Source of the DNA: Candidatus Pacearchaeota archaeon
GTDB lineage: Archaea > Nanobdellota > Nanobdellia > Pacearchaeales > GW2011-AR1
Reading direction: 5' to 3'
Length of the DNA stretch: 64,000 nucleotides
Assembly: GCA_041659265.1 (NCBI GenBank)
Contig: JBAZYP010000003.1
Span: 101,221 to 165,220 of the forward strand
Shown here piece after piece: positions 10,428 through 20,752 of this stretch. Under the pieces are notes generated by a model, which searched no databases, was not told the origin of the DNA, and saw only the letters and a program-made list of their open reading frames with translations. Numbering within the stretch: the first letter of the stretch is position 1; each line of letters starts with the position of its first letter. The translations under genes and the position numbers were made by a program.

Positions 10428-10715
10428 TTTTAATATATAATTTTATTATACAATACATTATAAATGTTACTATTATATAGTTACACCTATAGAAAGATTT
10501 ATATACTTGATTGAATTATATATAATATTAGTTGTCAAGGTATGGATATATTTCTAAATTATTATAATGAATTTTTTTATTAAATTTTACTTTCTCCCCC
10601 TCAATAATAGGGGCGAGTAAAGATAAAATATTAATTAAATAAGTAAGATTATGTCTTTTTCAAAGGCTATATTTTTCACCAAAAGTATTAAAAATAGATT
10701 TAGACAAATAATATT

Positions 10716-11651
10716 ATGGGTTTATTAAAAAAAATAGGTTTATTATTAATTTCAATTTTATTGATATTTACTCTTAGTTTTGCAGTAATACTTTATGGAT
10801 TTGGAGAAGTTTTCAATAAAGAGGTTTATTTTGATTCATGTGAAAAAAATAATGTATATTCTTCAATTGAATTTCAATTAAAAAATGAGTCTATGTCTGA
10901 ATTTTTTATTTTAGAAGGCGGAGTTAAACCTTTTGTTCAGGATAAAATTGTTAATTTCTTGGATTATATGAAAAATGAAAGAGATGATCTTGATTTAAAA
11001 ATTAAAGTTAATAAAACACTTCTCTATAAACAATTTGGCGAACAAATAAAAGATATTCCTTTATGTCCTGAAGAAGTTAAAGTTTTCAATAAAGAAAATA
11101 TCTGTAAACCGATTAATATGGGTAATGAGGAATTTATAGATAAAATTCTAGATTCTCAAAACATGTCCGGACTTATTACTGATAGTATTGATTTAAAAGA
11201 AACCTTTAATCAAGATGGTAATCTGGATAAAAATTTAAAAAATCTTAGACAAATTTATCCAATGTATCAAAAGATATTACTTGCTTTATTCATATTATCA
11301 ATTTTTTTTATTCTAATGATAATATTCATGGATTTAAACACAATTAAACCATTATTAAGGACCTTAGGAATTGTTTTAATTATTGTTTCAATAAATCTTT
11401 ACACATTTAGTTCAATACTTATTTCAACTTATGATAAAGAATCTGCTAAAATGATTTCTGAATTTAGTTCAGAAATTGATTTAACTATGTTTATAGGTCT
11501 TGTTAGGGATTTATTCGTTGCAATAACTTTAAAGATTAAACCTCTTGGTATTGGATTTTTAATTATAGGTTTAATATTTGTAATATTATCAATATTGATT
11601 AAAACAGATAGACCTATTATAAAAAGAAAAAAAGATATTCATAAAAAATAA
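10716..11651 (+). CDS. Membrane protein with an extracellular loop domain
   Basis: One N-terminal and three C-terminal TM segments. Confidence 0.7.
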   Translation: MGLLKKIGLLLISILLIFTLSFAVILYGFGEVFNKEVYFDSCEKNNVYSSIEFQLKNESMSEFFILEGGVKPFVQDKIVNFLDYMKNERDDLDLKIKVNKTLLYKQFGEQIKDIPLCPEEVKVFNKENICKPINMGNEEFIDKILDSQNMSGLITDSIDLKETFNQDGNLDKNLKNLRQIYPMYQKILLALFILSIFFILMIIFMDLNTIKPLLRTLGIVLIIVSINLYTFSSILISTYDKESAKMISEFSSEIDLTMFIGLVRDLFVAITLKIKPLGIGFLIIGLIFVILSILIKTDRPIIKRKKDIHKK

Positions 11652-11714
11652 AATAATTCTTTTATTTTTTATTCAAGTTCTCTTAATAAATATTCATAAA
11701 TATCAAGTAGGCCA

Positions 11715-13565
11715 TTAATTTGGTTTAACTTTAAAATCCTTGACATAATTAATGGTTCTTGTAAATTCTTTTTTAAATTCATGAAATTCAGGTATATTTC
11801 GAGTTGATGTAACCAAATAATCATATAAATCTCCTATATCCTTTAAATGGACCAATGAATATCCTAAATATTGTGAATTATCAATATCTCTTTTTCTCTT
11901 ATCATAATAATTCATAGCTAAGACACAACTAAAATCATTTTGAAACTCTTTTCTTTCAGTTTCATCTAGAGAATGACATATTTTAAAATAACTTGGACAA
12001 TCAGAAATTGGAATATCTCCTCTTTTTTTATCATTACCAGAAAGAATAATTGGATGCCACTCTAAAAATTGTTCATTAACTAAAAAGTCTATTCCTCCAT
12101 TATTAAGATTTTTATCATTTACTTGAAAATTAACTTTTTCAATGATTCTATAACTTGGAATATATTTTTCAAGTAGTAAAGCTACAGCTCCTTCTTGTTG
12201 TGAGGAACAATAAAACCTTCCTTCTACATGATATGAATTTTTTCTATGTAATTCTACTGTCCTTTTTCCATTTATCCTGCCCATTCTTTTTCCGTTATCT
12301 TTTTGAATTTCTTTTAGTTCTTCTTCAGTTACTCCGGGAAAATAAGTTCCAAATCTTTCATATTTTGTTTTAGCAGATTTTTTACATATATCTGATATTT
12401 CTTCAGGAGTTTTATCCTTCCAAGGAAGTCCTTGATCTCTTATCCTATTTCTACCAATTTCTTTCTTTCTTTCTTTCGTGATATTTTTAGCTGGATTTCC
12501 ATTTACCTCGATATTTCTTTTTCCAGCTTTACTTCTTATTTGATAAGCTAATTCAGGATCAAGAGCTTGCTGTCTTTGTAGAGATTTACGACTTGTGATA
12601 ATTCTTTTTCTTTCAAATTTTTCCTCCGAGGTTAAAAATCTTGAAATATATTTTGTAATCATTTCTTTTGTTACTCCAAGAATTATAGCCAACTCAATAT
12701 TTTCAGTCATATTATAATCTTCTTGTTTTCTTGCGATTTCTAATTCCTCTTTAATAAGTTCAATCATAGCCACTCTATCTTCTATACTTGTTTTGCCATT
12801 TTTTGTTGCTGAACAAGCCGTTGATCTTTGTTTAGATTTTGTTTGATCATGTTCTTTTAAATACTTTCTAATAGAATTAACCGACCATCCTGTAAGGATT
12901 TTTAGTTCATCATGTGTTGGAAGTGAATATATTTTACCTTTTTCATAAAGTTCATATTGTTCATTTAAAAGTCCATTAAATGCTTTTATATCTTCAGGAT
13001 CAATCTGGCGTTCTTGAGAATGTAACACTCTGCTTCTAAAAGTTCTATCTATTTCATTTAATGAGGGTATAATATTATGTGAAATATATGTCCCTGAAGA
13101 ATCTATTATCTCTGCAAGTTCGTAATTAGGTGTTAATCTTTTAATTTTTCCTTGCCTATACATCTCAATTTCATCAGAGATTAATTCAACAAACGCTTCT
13201 TTATCTACATCATTTAGTAAAGTATTTTTTTTAATAATTTTTTCTATAGTTTCTTTAGAAAGTGGCTTTCCTTTTTTTAATTGAGATAATGTTTTTATTG
13301 GAAAACCCATTTTTTTTAAAATCTTTAAAGAAGTATCTTTCCTTATGTTAAGTTCTTTATCAAGATCATTTGCTGAAGCATCGCTTTGATGATATCTAAA
13401 TAAATAAAATTCATCAAGACTTGTTGCAAGTCCTCTTTCAATAACTTGTTTTTCAATATCAAGCCAATTTCTATAATTTGGTCTGGATCGAGGATCAGCA
13501 TCATTAATAATATCTTGAAGAGACCTTATTTCAAGTCCAGAAATATGATCAATAACCGTTGTCAT
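11715..13565 (-). CDS. Multi-HTH / NUMOD3-like DNA-binding protein with a C-terminal PD-(D/E)XK-like nuclease
   Basis: KGKPLSKETIEKI motif, three ~70-aa HTH-like repeats, C-terminal S.QE...IDFLVNEQFLEWH. Confidence 0.55.
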   Translation of the reverse strand: MTTVIDHISGLEIRSLQDIINDADPRSRPNYRNWLDIEKQVIERGLATSLDEFYLFRYHQSDASANDLDKELNIRKDTSLKILKKMGFPIKTLSQLKKGKPLSKETIEKIIKKNTLLNDVDKEAFVELISDEIEMYRQGKIKRLTPNYELAEIIDSSGTYISHNIIPSLNEIDRTFRSRVLHSQERQIDPEDIKAFNGLLNEQYELYEKGKIYSLPTHDELKILTGWSVNSIRKYLKEHDQTKSKQRSTACSATKNGKTSIEDRVAMIELIKEELEIARKQEDYNMTENIELAIILGVTKEMITKYISRFLTSEEKFERKRIITSRKSLQRQQALDPELAYQIRSKAGKRNIEVNGNPAKNITKERKKEIGRNRIRDQGLPWKDKTPEEISDICKKSAKTKYERFGTYFPGVTEEELKEIQKDNGKRMGRINGKRTVELHRKNSYHVEGRFYCSSQQEGAVALLLEKYIPSYRIIEKVNFQVNDKNLNNGGIDFLVNEQFLEWHPIILSGNDKKRGDIPISDCPSYFKICHSLDETERKEFQNDFSCVLAMNYYDKRKRDIDNSQYLGYSLVHLKDIGDLYDYLVTSTRNIPEFHEFKKEFTRTINYVKDFKVKPN

Positions 13566-13570
13566 TTTCC

Positions 13571-15667
13571 TTAATCTCCATTTTTAATATCAGCATTATA
13601 AAGATCACTTAGTTCTTTTCCAGTAGGAATCTTTCTATGAATCAGATATTTTAGTTTTATATCTTGGCTAAATGTTTCAAGATCACTCATTTGGGGTCTT
13701 GAATCTCTGTTCCTAAATCTATTTGGAAATCTTGCTTCACTTAGAGATTTTGAAAAAAGTTCAATCTCTTGACAGTCATAACCCGTACTAGTTATATCTT
13801 CAACTAAATAATTAATCCAAGGTTCATAACCAGAAAAATGATGGGAATGACAGTTAACTATGGAATCTCTTAAGAGAGTTTCAGGAATATTAATAATTTG
13901 AGTATTATCAGTTTTTTCAGGAGCGACTATACTAGAATTATTAACTTTTGGTTTAGTCTCATTTGGGAATTTTTCTTCATAATTAACAACTAAATTATCA
14001 AAAATACTTTTATAAAAATCATGATCATGCAGAAAATAAGAGACAATTATATCATAAGATAATTCAATGTTTCCTTCACTATTAGGTTCAAACATTCCTA
14101 AAGGTTCAAACAAAAATCCAGGACTATGACAAAAATAAGCCATTGATAGATTAGGATCAATATTATCAAGCACTTCAAGTCTTTTTAATTTTAATCTATT
14201 AAAATCATTTATAGCTCTATTCATAAAATGTTTATGATCAAAATATAATCCTTTTGATATTTTAGCAACTAGATTATTTTCAATATCATTTTCTTCAGCT
14301 TTTTTTATACAATCTAATAGGACACCCCTATATTTCTTTATATCCTTATCTATATATGACACTTCATTTAATAGTTCTGTTAAGTTTTCAACTGTTTCCT
14401 TGAACAATTTTCTTAGAACACCGTATCTTTCTTTAACATTTTGATTTGCATGTGCCTGAAGAGATATTTCTCTTGAAATCAGTTTTGTTATATCAACATT
14501 CAATCTAAATGACTTATCATATCCTTTATCAAATTCTCTTCTTTTTTTAGGATCTTTAACTGACATAATTGATTTTGTCATTATCTCTTCCATTGTTTTT
14601 GCTGGAATAAACCAATATTTATATTTGTTAAGTTCTTCATAAGATTCTTGTGTTTCAGGGCTCGAGACTAATCCTTCAAGCATTGACAATTGTTTTCTTG
14701 AAACTTGGATAGGTCTTTTATATTTCTCTCTTTCTTCTTGATTTTCAAAAATATCATAATATTCCATTAATTGATAGAATAATGGTGCTCCTTGTGTAAA
14801 TTTTCTTTCTACATTCTCATTTATACTTCCAGTAGAAATTCTTTCACAATCTTCAAAGGAAAATTCATTATTATCTTCAGATATCGTATTGAAAATAAGT
14901 CCTGTTTTTTGTTTTTCATCTGAATCATTTTTTTCAACATTTTTCTTTTCTCTTCTTCCAGAATTTCCAGAATCTACAATTCCAGTATCGACTTTTCTTT
15001 TTTTTCTTTCTCTAGGTCTTTCTGCTTCCTTTCTATCTTGATCATTAAAGATAATTGGATCAAACTGGTTTATTTGATAGTCTTGTCCTCTTGAGATTTC
15101 ATTTACAGTATATAAACTAAGGCGATTATTTTCAATATCCCTTTCAAAAGTATAATAAATTCTTGGTTTAATCTCAGGAGAGACAAAAATTATTCTTGAT
15201 TCTTTGTCACCATTAAGATGCCTATGAATTTCCCTTATTTGACTTTCAACATCTTCTTCATTAATCTTTAATTCAATATAAACTCTATTTCCGTTTTTAT
15301 CTATCGCTTTAATATCCGGTCTTCCTGATTTTAATCTAGACTGCCTTTCAATAAAAACTAATCCAGGTTCAATTTGTTCTATATTATAGTCTCTTGCAAT
15401 ATAAGTTTCAAAATCATCTTCTCTTCTATCTTTCTCAACCTTTTCTCTTTTAGAATGTGCATTTGCTTTTCCAATCCTTTGATATATTTTTCCTATTCTT
15501 TCAACTAGGTCTCTAAAACCAAACTTTTCACTAAACTCTTCAAAGACTTCAAGTTCTCTATGATATTTGCCTCCTGAAAGTTCTTCATTTTCTCTAACAA
15601 GTTCTTCAAGATCCGGCCTCAATAGAAATTTTATATCTTGATCAGGATCTATCATTGCTTGACTCAT
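13571..15667 (-). CDS. Protein with an N-terminal NucS/EndoMS-like endonuclease domain and a large unknown C-terminal region
   Basis: IEPGLVFIERQ...GRPDIKAIDKNGNRVYIELK. Confidence 0.7.
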   Translation of the reverse strand: MSQAMIDPDQDIKFLLRPDLEELVRENEELSGGKYHRELEVFEEFSEKFGFRDLVERIGKIYQRIGKANAHSKREKVEKDRREDDFETYIARDYNIEQIEPGLVFIERQSRLKSGRPDIKAIDKNGNRVYIELKINEEDVESQIREIHRHLNGDKESRIIFVSPEIKPRIYYTFERDIENNRLSLYTVNEISRGQDYQINQFDPIIFNDQDRKEAERPRERKKRKVDTGIVDSGNSGRREKKNVEKNDSDEKQKTGLIFNTISEDNNEFSFEDCERISTGSINENVERKFTQGAPLFYQLMEYYDIFENQEEREKYKRPIQVSRKQLSMLEGLVSSPETQESYEELNKYKYWFIPAKTMEEIMTKSIMSVKDPKKRREFDKGYDKSFRLNVDITKLISREISLQAHANQNVKERYGVLRKLFKETVENLTELLNEVSYIDKDIKKYRGVLLDCIKKAEENDIENNLVAKISKGLYFDHKHFMNRAINDFNRLKLKRLEVLDNIDPNLSMAYFCHSPGFLFEPLGMFEPNSEGNIELSYDIIVSYFLHDHDFYKSIFDNLVVNYEEKFPNETKPKVNNSSIVAPEKTDNTQIINIPETLLRDSIVNCHSHHFSGYEPWINYLVEDITSTGYDCQEIELFSKSLSEARFPNRFRNRDSRPQMSDLETFSQDIKLKYLIHRKIPTGKELSDLYNADIKNGD

Positions 15668-16302
15668 TTTCTTTCCTCCTCATCTTTTCTTTCCTGAATT
15701 TGCTTTTTCTCCCATTCTTCATTTCTTTTTTTAAGAGACTGATTTATTTCATCAATCTTAGTTTTTATTAGATTAGGTAGATTTGTTGGTTCTTGATAAA
15801 TCTCTGATATCTTTACTAAAGGTATATCTCCAGCATATTTTAAAAAAAGTTTTTTCCCAGGTTTATGAGAGGGCCCATAACCAAAGGTTATAACAGATAA
15901 ATCTTGAGGAACAATTTCTTCATCTGGTTTTGAGGTATATAGAATAAGTCCATCACTATTTTGATCAAGTTCAATTATTTTAGCTTGTTCAAGTTCCATT
16001 CTAAGAATTTCCACTTGTTTTTCAAGATTATAATAACAAGTGCTTGCTGTTTCTTCTAATGCAAGTTTTTTTACTGTTTCATATTGATATGGCTTTAATT
16101 CTCCATTATAATTAAATTGAACAAAGTTTTTATCATCTGTTCGCAATTCTAGACCTAATAAAAATAATCCGGGTTTTGATATATCAGGTATTTTTGCATA
16201 ACTTACAGGAGTTACTACAATAGGATCTTGTTGAAGTTTTAAAGTTAAATGATATATTCTTCTATCAAAATTTCTTGATCCATTTTCAATTGAGGGTTTC
16301 AT
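15664..16302 (-). CDS. Hypothetical protein
   Basis: ORF with 4-bp overlaps to both neighbours. Confidence 0.7.
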   Translation of the reverse strand: MKPSIENGSRNFDRRIYHLTLKLQQDPIVVTPVSYAKIPDISKPGLFLLGLELRTDDKNFVQFNYNGELKPYQYETVKKLALEETASTCYYNLEKQVEILRMELEQAKIIELDQNSDGLILYTSKPDEEIVPQDLSVITFGYGPSHKPGKKLFLKYAGDIPLVKISEIYQEPTNLPNLIKTKIDEINQSLKKRNEEWEKKQIQERKDEEERK

Positions 16303-17657
16303 TTTAATCCTCCAAAGTCACTTGTTTTTGAACCAAAAATAATTCCATTAGATTCTAAAAAATCATTAACTCCCCTTGTAGGAAGTTTTGGATCTCCTTC
16401 TCTATATCTTTTATCAAATAGTTTTAGAGAATCATTGAATATTTTGGCATTAATTGGATCTTCAAAATCTTTTTCATAAATATCAATAATGGCAGATAAA
16501 GCACTTCTATAATTACTATAATCTTTGAAAGAAGAATCTAAAACTAATTTATATTCAGCTAATACTGGTTCTAATTTTTTATTTACTAATCCATCATAAG
16601 TTCCATTAATTCCATTTTTTTCATTAATAACACTTTCTTCAATTGCATCTGTTAAAGCCTTTGATTTTAAACACCATGCCCTTGGAAATCTTATATCACA
16701 TTCATATAATGTTTTAGGATATTTATTCAAGAATTCTTCGCTTTTTTTAAGATATTCTTCAGGACTAATTGTTTTAGTTCTGTTACTTCCATGTTCAAAT
16801 AAAATAGTTTTTACTTCACTTTCAGCTTTTTTAAGGGAAATATATTCTTCAAATTCTTTTGGTATTAAACCTGCTTCTTGTGCTAATCTTATTTTTCCTA
16901 TAATTTTTTGATTTGGCTTAATTTGATTTCCATTTAAATCTTTACTACCATAAAAAAAATCGACAAATAAATTTGGATTTATTTCTGCTTCAGAACATGT
17001 TTCTGCAATATCTTCACCAATATTAGATCTAGCATAATCCGAGATAAAACCCTGTCTTTGAAATTCTTCCCTTCCAATAATATCTTCTAAATAATGACCA
17101 ACAAATTTTAATCGGGATAGTTCGCTTTTTATCTTTCCTATATATAGGCTATCTCCATTTTCATCTTTAGCTAATTCATTCCATTTTTTATAAAAATCAT
17201 TATCACAATATTCTGAAGCCTTATTATGTTTGATTTCATGTATTAAAGTATCATTTCCAGATGATTTGTTTACTTCAATTTTTCCTTTTCCAAAAGGTAT
17301 AAAAACTCCTTCGTTTCTTTTTAAAAAACAAAATTCAAATTGATTAATAACATCCTTTTTAAGATAATTATTTGATCTTATGGTTATATTAGACAAATCA
17401 AAATAATTTTCTTGTTGTTCTCTTTCAAAAATATATGATAATTGAGAAACTAAACCTTCATTATCCTCAACATCATCCCTAAATCCTCTTAAGGAGAGAT
17501 CATATTCTTCTTCAAACTCTCTTCTTACTTGGCTAGGATTATTTGAATTATTTATATTATTTATTGTGTAATTTGCTTGAGTTCCAAGGTGCAATAATAT
17601 TGTTGGAACAATCAAGAGTTTTGCTAATCCTTTTAATAATGTTTTAAATTTTTTCAT
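16299..17657 (-). CDS. Membrane-anchored zinc metallopeptidase (zincin)
   Basis: N-terminal hydrophobic helix, HEIKH, downstream FISDYARSNIGEDIAE. Confidence 0.7.
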   Translation of the reverse strand: MKKFKTLLKGLAKLLIVPTILLHLGTQANYTINNINNSNNPSQVRREFEEEYDLSLRGFRDDVEDNEGLVSQLSYIFEREQQENYFDLSNITIRSNNYLKKDVINQFEFCFLKRNEGVFIPFGKGKIEVNKSSGNDTLIHEIKHNKASEYCDNDFYKKWNELAKDENGDSLYIGKIKSELSRLKFVGHYLEDIIGREEFQRQGFISDYARSNIGEDIAETCSEAEINPNLFVDFFYGSKDLNGNQIKPNQKIIGKIRLAQEAGLIPKEFEEYISLKKAESEVKTILFEHGSNRTKTISPEEYLKKSEEFLNKYPKTLYECDIRFPRAWCLKSKALTDAIEESVINEKNGINGTYDGLVNKKLEPVLAEYKLVLDSSFKDYSNYRSALSAIIDIYEKDFEDPINAKIFNDSLKLFDKRYREGDPKLPTRGVNDFLESNGIIFGSKTSDFGGLK

Positions 17658-18532
17658 TTTCTTTCCTCCTGTGTTTTAGTGCATGCAACATAACTGAATT
17701 TACCTATATCAAAACCCATATCAAGTTTTGATTCATCAGGTTGAAAATAAGCTAAACCGCATTTGTATAATGAATTAGGTTTATATCGCTTGAATTTAAA
17801 ATTAGGAGCTAAAAAATTTATTAGTTCAACTGATCTCTTAACTAAAACTCTTTCTCTTGAAGTTTTTTTCTTTTTATTGAAATAATATTCATTAGCATAT
17901 TTTCTCGCTTCTTCTCTATCTATATCAATTGGTGGAGTTGATTTTTCTTGAAAAAATAATATAGGATAACTTCCTTTTCTTTTTTGTTTATCGCATGTTC
18001 CAATTATTACCATAATAGGTTTAACATATAGTCCGCTTTTATGATATTGGCTTCTTAAACTAGTCATAACTTCAGTATCTGCAATTGAAGGAGTCGGTTC
18101 TCCTGAAGGATGAGTATGAAAATGAAATAAAGTATAATATTTATCAAGTTCATCAGGAACTTCTGAAAATTCAGGTTCTATCTTTGGATAAGATTCTAAT
18201 AATAATCTGTTTTCAGAACAAAAATCAGTAAATTCAAAATCATCTTCTGGATTTATTTGTCCAAATTTTTTATAAAGTTGATTAGCAAAGTCATAACTAG
18301 TAGGTAAACTTACACTTTTTTCGTCTCCTATGATTATTGTGTCTGGATAATATAATCTTGAACCAAATACTTCTTTTTTAATTTCATATAATATCTCTAA
18401 ATCTCCAACCCCTAGATTACTCCTATCATAAGTTGATATTTCTATAGCTCTTTCTAAACCTGAAATAAATCTCTTGCTAGTTATTTCTCTTTCTAAAAGT
18501 TCTCTATCTACAATTTCAAATTGCTCAGTCAT
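17654..18532 (-). CDS. JAB/MPN+ (JAMM) metalloprotease-domain protein
   Basis: HTHPSGEPTPSIAD exactly fits HxHx7Sx2D. Confidence 0.7.
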   Translation of the reverse strand: MTEQFEIVDRELLEREITSKRFISGLERAIEISTYDRSNLGVGDLEILYEIKKEVFGSRLYYPDTIIIGDEKSVSLPTSYDFANQLYKKFGQINPEDDFEFTDFCSENRLLLESYPKIEPEFSEVPDELDKYYTLFHFHTHPSGEPTPSIADTEVMTSLRSQYHKSGLYVKPIMVIIGTCDKQKRKGSYPILFFQEKSTPPIDIDREEARKYANEYYFNKKKKTSRERVLVKRSVELINFLAPNFKFKRYKPNSLYKCGLAYFQPDESKLDMGFDIGKFSYVACTKTQEERK

Positions 18533-19229
18533 TATTAATCTCCATATTTTTTGTTATAAAATTTTTATAATCATTTGGCTTCAACCAGTTAATTCTTGGA
18601 ATTTTTCCAGATAATAAATAAGATATTCTCAATAATTTTGATCTTTTTTTTAATTCTTCTTGAGTTAAATTTTTATATTCAATTAATTTTACTTCACTAT
18701 CTTCAATATCAAAACCAGTTTGATTTTTTTTCAAAACTATACTTTGACTGGCACATGATATAGATAAATAACCTTTAGATTTAACAAGCCGGGTTATTCC
18801 TTGAAGTATACTTCTATAATCTTTATCACTAATATTATCTCCAACATTATCAAAAGTTAAATTATTCATTAAAACAACCATATCAAAGGATTCATCCATG
18901 AATGGAGGTTGATTTGGAAGCCTATATCCATGTTCTCGATAAAATTTAGGGGATCTATTTAATATTTCTGCAAATTGAATTACCTCAGGATTTATATCAA
19001 TTCCAACGACTTCTGAATCCGGATAAAGTTTTTGAATTTCTTGAGTAGTTAATCCATATGAGCATCCCCAATCTAAAATTCTTGAATCTTTTGGTAATAG
19101 TGGTAATTTTCCAAAGGTTTCTTTAACTCTTCCATTCCATGTTGAATTAGATATCCAATATGATCTTTCTTCAAGACAATCTTGAGGAATATATTCAGCT
19201 GTTAATTTTGTTTCTAATTTTTCAGTCAT
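18525..19229 (-). CDS. Class I SAM-dependent methyltransferase
   Basis: ILDWGCSYG, VVGIDIN, FDMV. Confidence 0.88.
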   Translation of the reverse strand: MTEKLETKLTAEYIPQDCLEERSYWISNSTWNGRVKETFGKLPLLPKDSRILDWGCSYGLTTQEIQKLYPDSEVVGIDINPEVIQFAEILNRSPKFYREHGYRLPNQPPFMDESFDMVVLMNNLTFDNVGDNISDKDYRSILQGITRLVKSKGYLSISCASQSIVLKKNQTGFDIEDSEVKLIEYKNLTQEELKKRSKLLRISYLLSGKIPRINWLKPNDYKNFITKNMEINND

Positions 19230-19837
19230 TTTATTCTACCTCCACATACTTTTTTTATTCTTCTTTTCATCTTTATTTTAGTAAATGGACTCCAAAAATC
19301 ACTAGCTTTTTCAATTCTACCCATAATCCCATATCCAATTGAAGAATCATTTGCTCCAAATAAATGGCTTAATTCATGTAAAATTGATCTGTATCTTAAA
19401 TCCTCATTTGTTGCTATATTTACAACAGCAAGTTTTTCATCTTCATCGCTTGATCCTAAACAAATATTTCCAAAATGATTATTTCCATTTCTATTAATTA
19501 AAATTAATTTGTATCTATCTATTAAATCTCCAGAAAAAATTTGTTTGTAATCCATTAATATTTTTCCACACCTTGTAGCATCAACATAATCGTCCAATAA
19601 TTTTTTATCTGATTTATTTGAAGTGGATAATTTTCCTAATACAAATAACTCAGGAATTGATTGAGCATAAGGTGCTTTAATTATTCTCATATTAAAACTT
19701 GTATCAAATTCATCATTAAATTTATCATTAACTCTTCCTAATAAATTAAATAATCTAACTCTACTTTCGGAATTATCATAAATATCATGCATCTCAGGAG
19801 TCAAATATACTCCAAGTTCTAAATTAAATTTACTCAT
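19226..19837 (-). CDS. Metzincin-like zinc metallopeptidase
   Basis: HELSHLFGAND followed by a Met-turn-like GIMG. Confidence 0.65.
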   Translation of the reverse strand: MSKFNLELGVYLTPEMHDIYDNSESRVRLFNLLGRVNDKFNDEFDTSFNMRIIKAPYAQSIPELFVLGKLSTSNKSDKKLLDDYVDATRCGKILMDYKQIFSGDLIDRYKLILINRNGNNHFGNICLGSSDEDEKLAVVNIATNEDLRYRSILHELSHLFGANDSSIGYGIMGRIEKASDFWSPFTKIKMKRRIKKVCGGRIK

Positions 19838-20094
19838 TCTCTTTCCTCCAAAACTTCAATTGTTAGTTTAGTTAAAGTCCCAGGTTTTAATTGCAATTCA
19901 AGAATTTTTGGTATAACTATAATTGCTTGTTTTCCATGTTTAGCTACTCGTTTAGTTATTGTAAATTCTTTGTTTTGATTATTTGAATTTACTAGACTAG
20001 AAAAATTTTTATTGGATTTTTCTTGGATAGTAAATTCTTTGTTGTTTTTTTTAGAATTTTCAAGATTTGAAGTTTGAGAGATAGATTCTTCCAT
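19834..20094 (-). CDS. AbrB-like (swapped-hairpin) DNA-binding protein
   Basis: KRVAKHGKQAIIVIPK...LKPG. Confidence 0.7.
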   Translation of the reverse strand: MEESISQTSNLENSKKNNKEFTIQEKSNKNFSSLVNSNNQNKEFTITKRVAKHGKQAIIVIPKILELQLKPGTLTKLTIEVLEERE

Positions 20095-20096
20095 TT

Positions 20097-20411
20097 TTAT
20101 CTCCTAAATCTTGAGTATAAGATTATTATAGAAATATCAATAAAAAAAATACTAATTAGTGCAATAATTGGATAATAAATGGTTTTTATCATACTTACTC
20201 CATTTCCAATACTAAAATTATAAACAATAAAAAATCCTAGAATCATTAACCCAATTAAAGAAAATGCAACTAGTGCTGGAAAAGTTCTAGCGAGAGTATT
20301 ATAAAACGAATATTTATCTTGTTTTTTCCTACTATAATTTAATTCTACAACTATATCTCCTTGTTTCTTGTAACTTTTAATTAATTGTTGATTCATTTTG
20401 CTTCCTTCCAT
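20097..20411 (-). CDS. Small two-TM membrane protein
   Basis: Two hydrophobic segments; lies within the operon. Confidence 0.6.
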   Translation of the reverse strand: MEGSKMNQQLIKSYKKQGDIVVELNYSRKKQDKYSFYNTLARTFPALVAFSLIGLMILGFFIVYNFSIGNGVSMIKTIYYPIIALISIFFIDISIIILYSRFRR

Positions 20412-20752
20412 TCCTTTGCTCTTAATTCATCAAGAACAATTCTTACTAGTTCTCTATCATCAGATCTTAAATCAGAGGGTTCAACTTTTTCAAGTTCAAC
20501 TTTTCCATCAATTGATTTTTCTCTAACAAAAACTTTTGGACAGATTAATCCCCCAGGAATTTTTATTGAACTTTCTTTTGAATATGATCCTTCATTAGAT
20601 TTTTGATAAAATGAAATTCCTAGATTTTGATATTTACTAGCAACTTCTGAAAAATCTTCTTGAGTTTCATCTATTCTTCCTGAATAGAACCTAATGTCAT
20701 ATTGTTTTCCATTAGGTACAACTTTAACTTCTTTTAAATTTGGATTTAACAT
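20393..20752 (-). CDS. Hypothetical protein
   Basis: Preceded by a GGAGGT ribosome-binding site; overlaps its neighbours. Confidence 0.65.
   Translation of the reverse strand: MLNPNLKEVKVVPNGKQYDIRFYSGRIDETQEDFSEVASKYQNLGISFYQKSNEGSYSKESSIKIPGGLICPKVFVREKSIDGKVELEKVEPSDLRSDDRELVRIVLDELRAKEWKEAK

Noticed and set aside
10586-10621. ncRNA in the 10428-10715 intergenic region
   Set aside because: Only one imperfect hairpin (tttact..cccc..gggg..agtaaa) between divergent promoters; insufficient support
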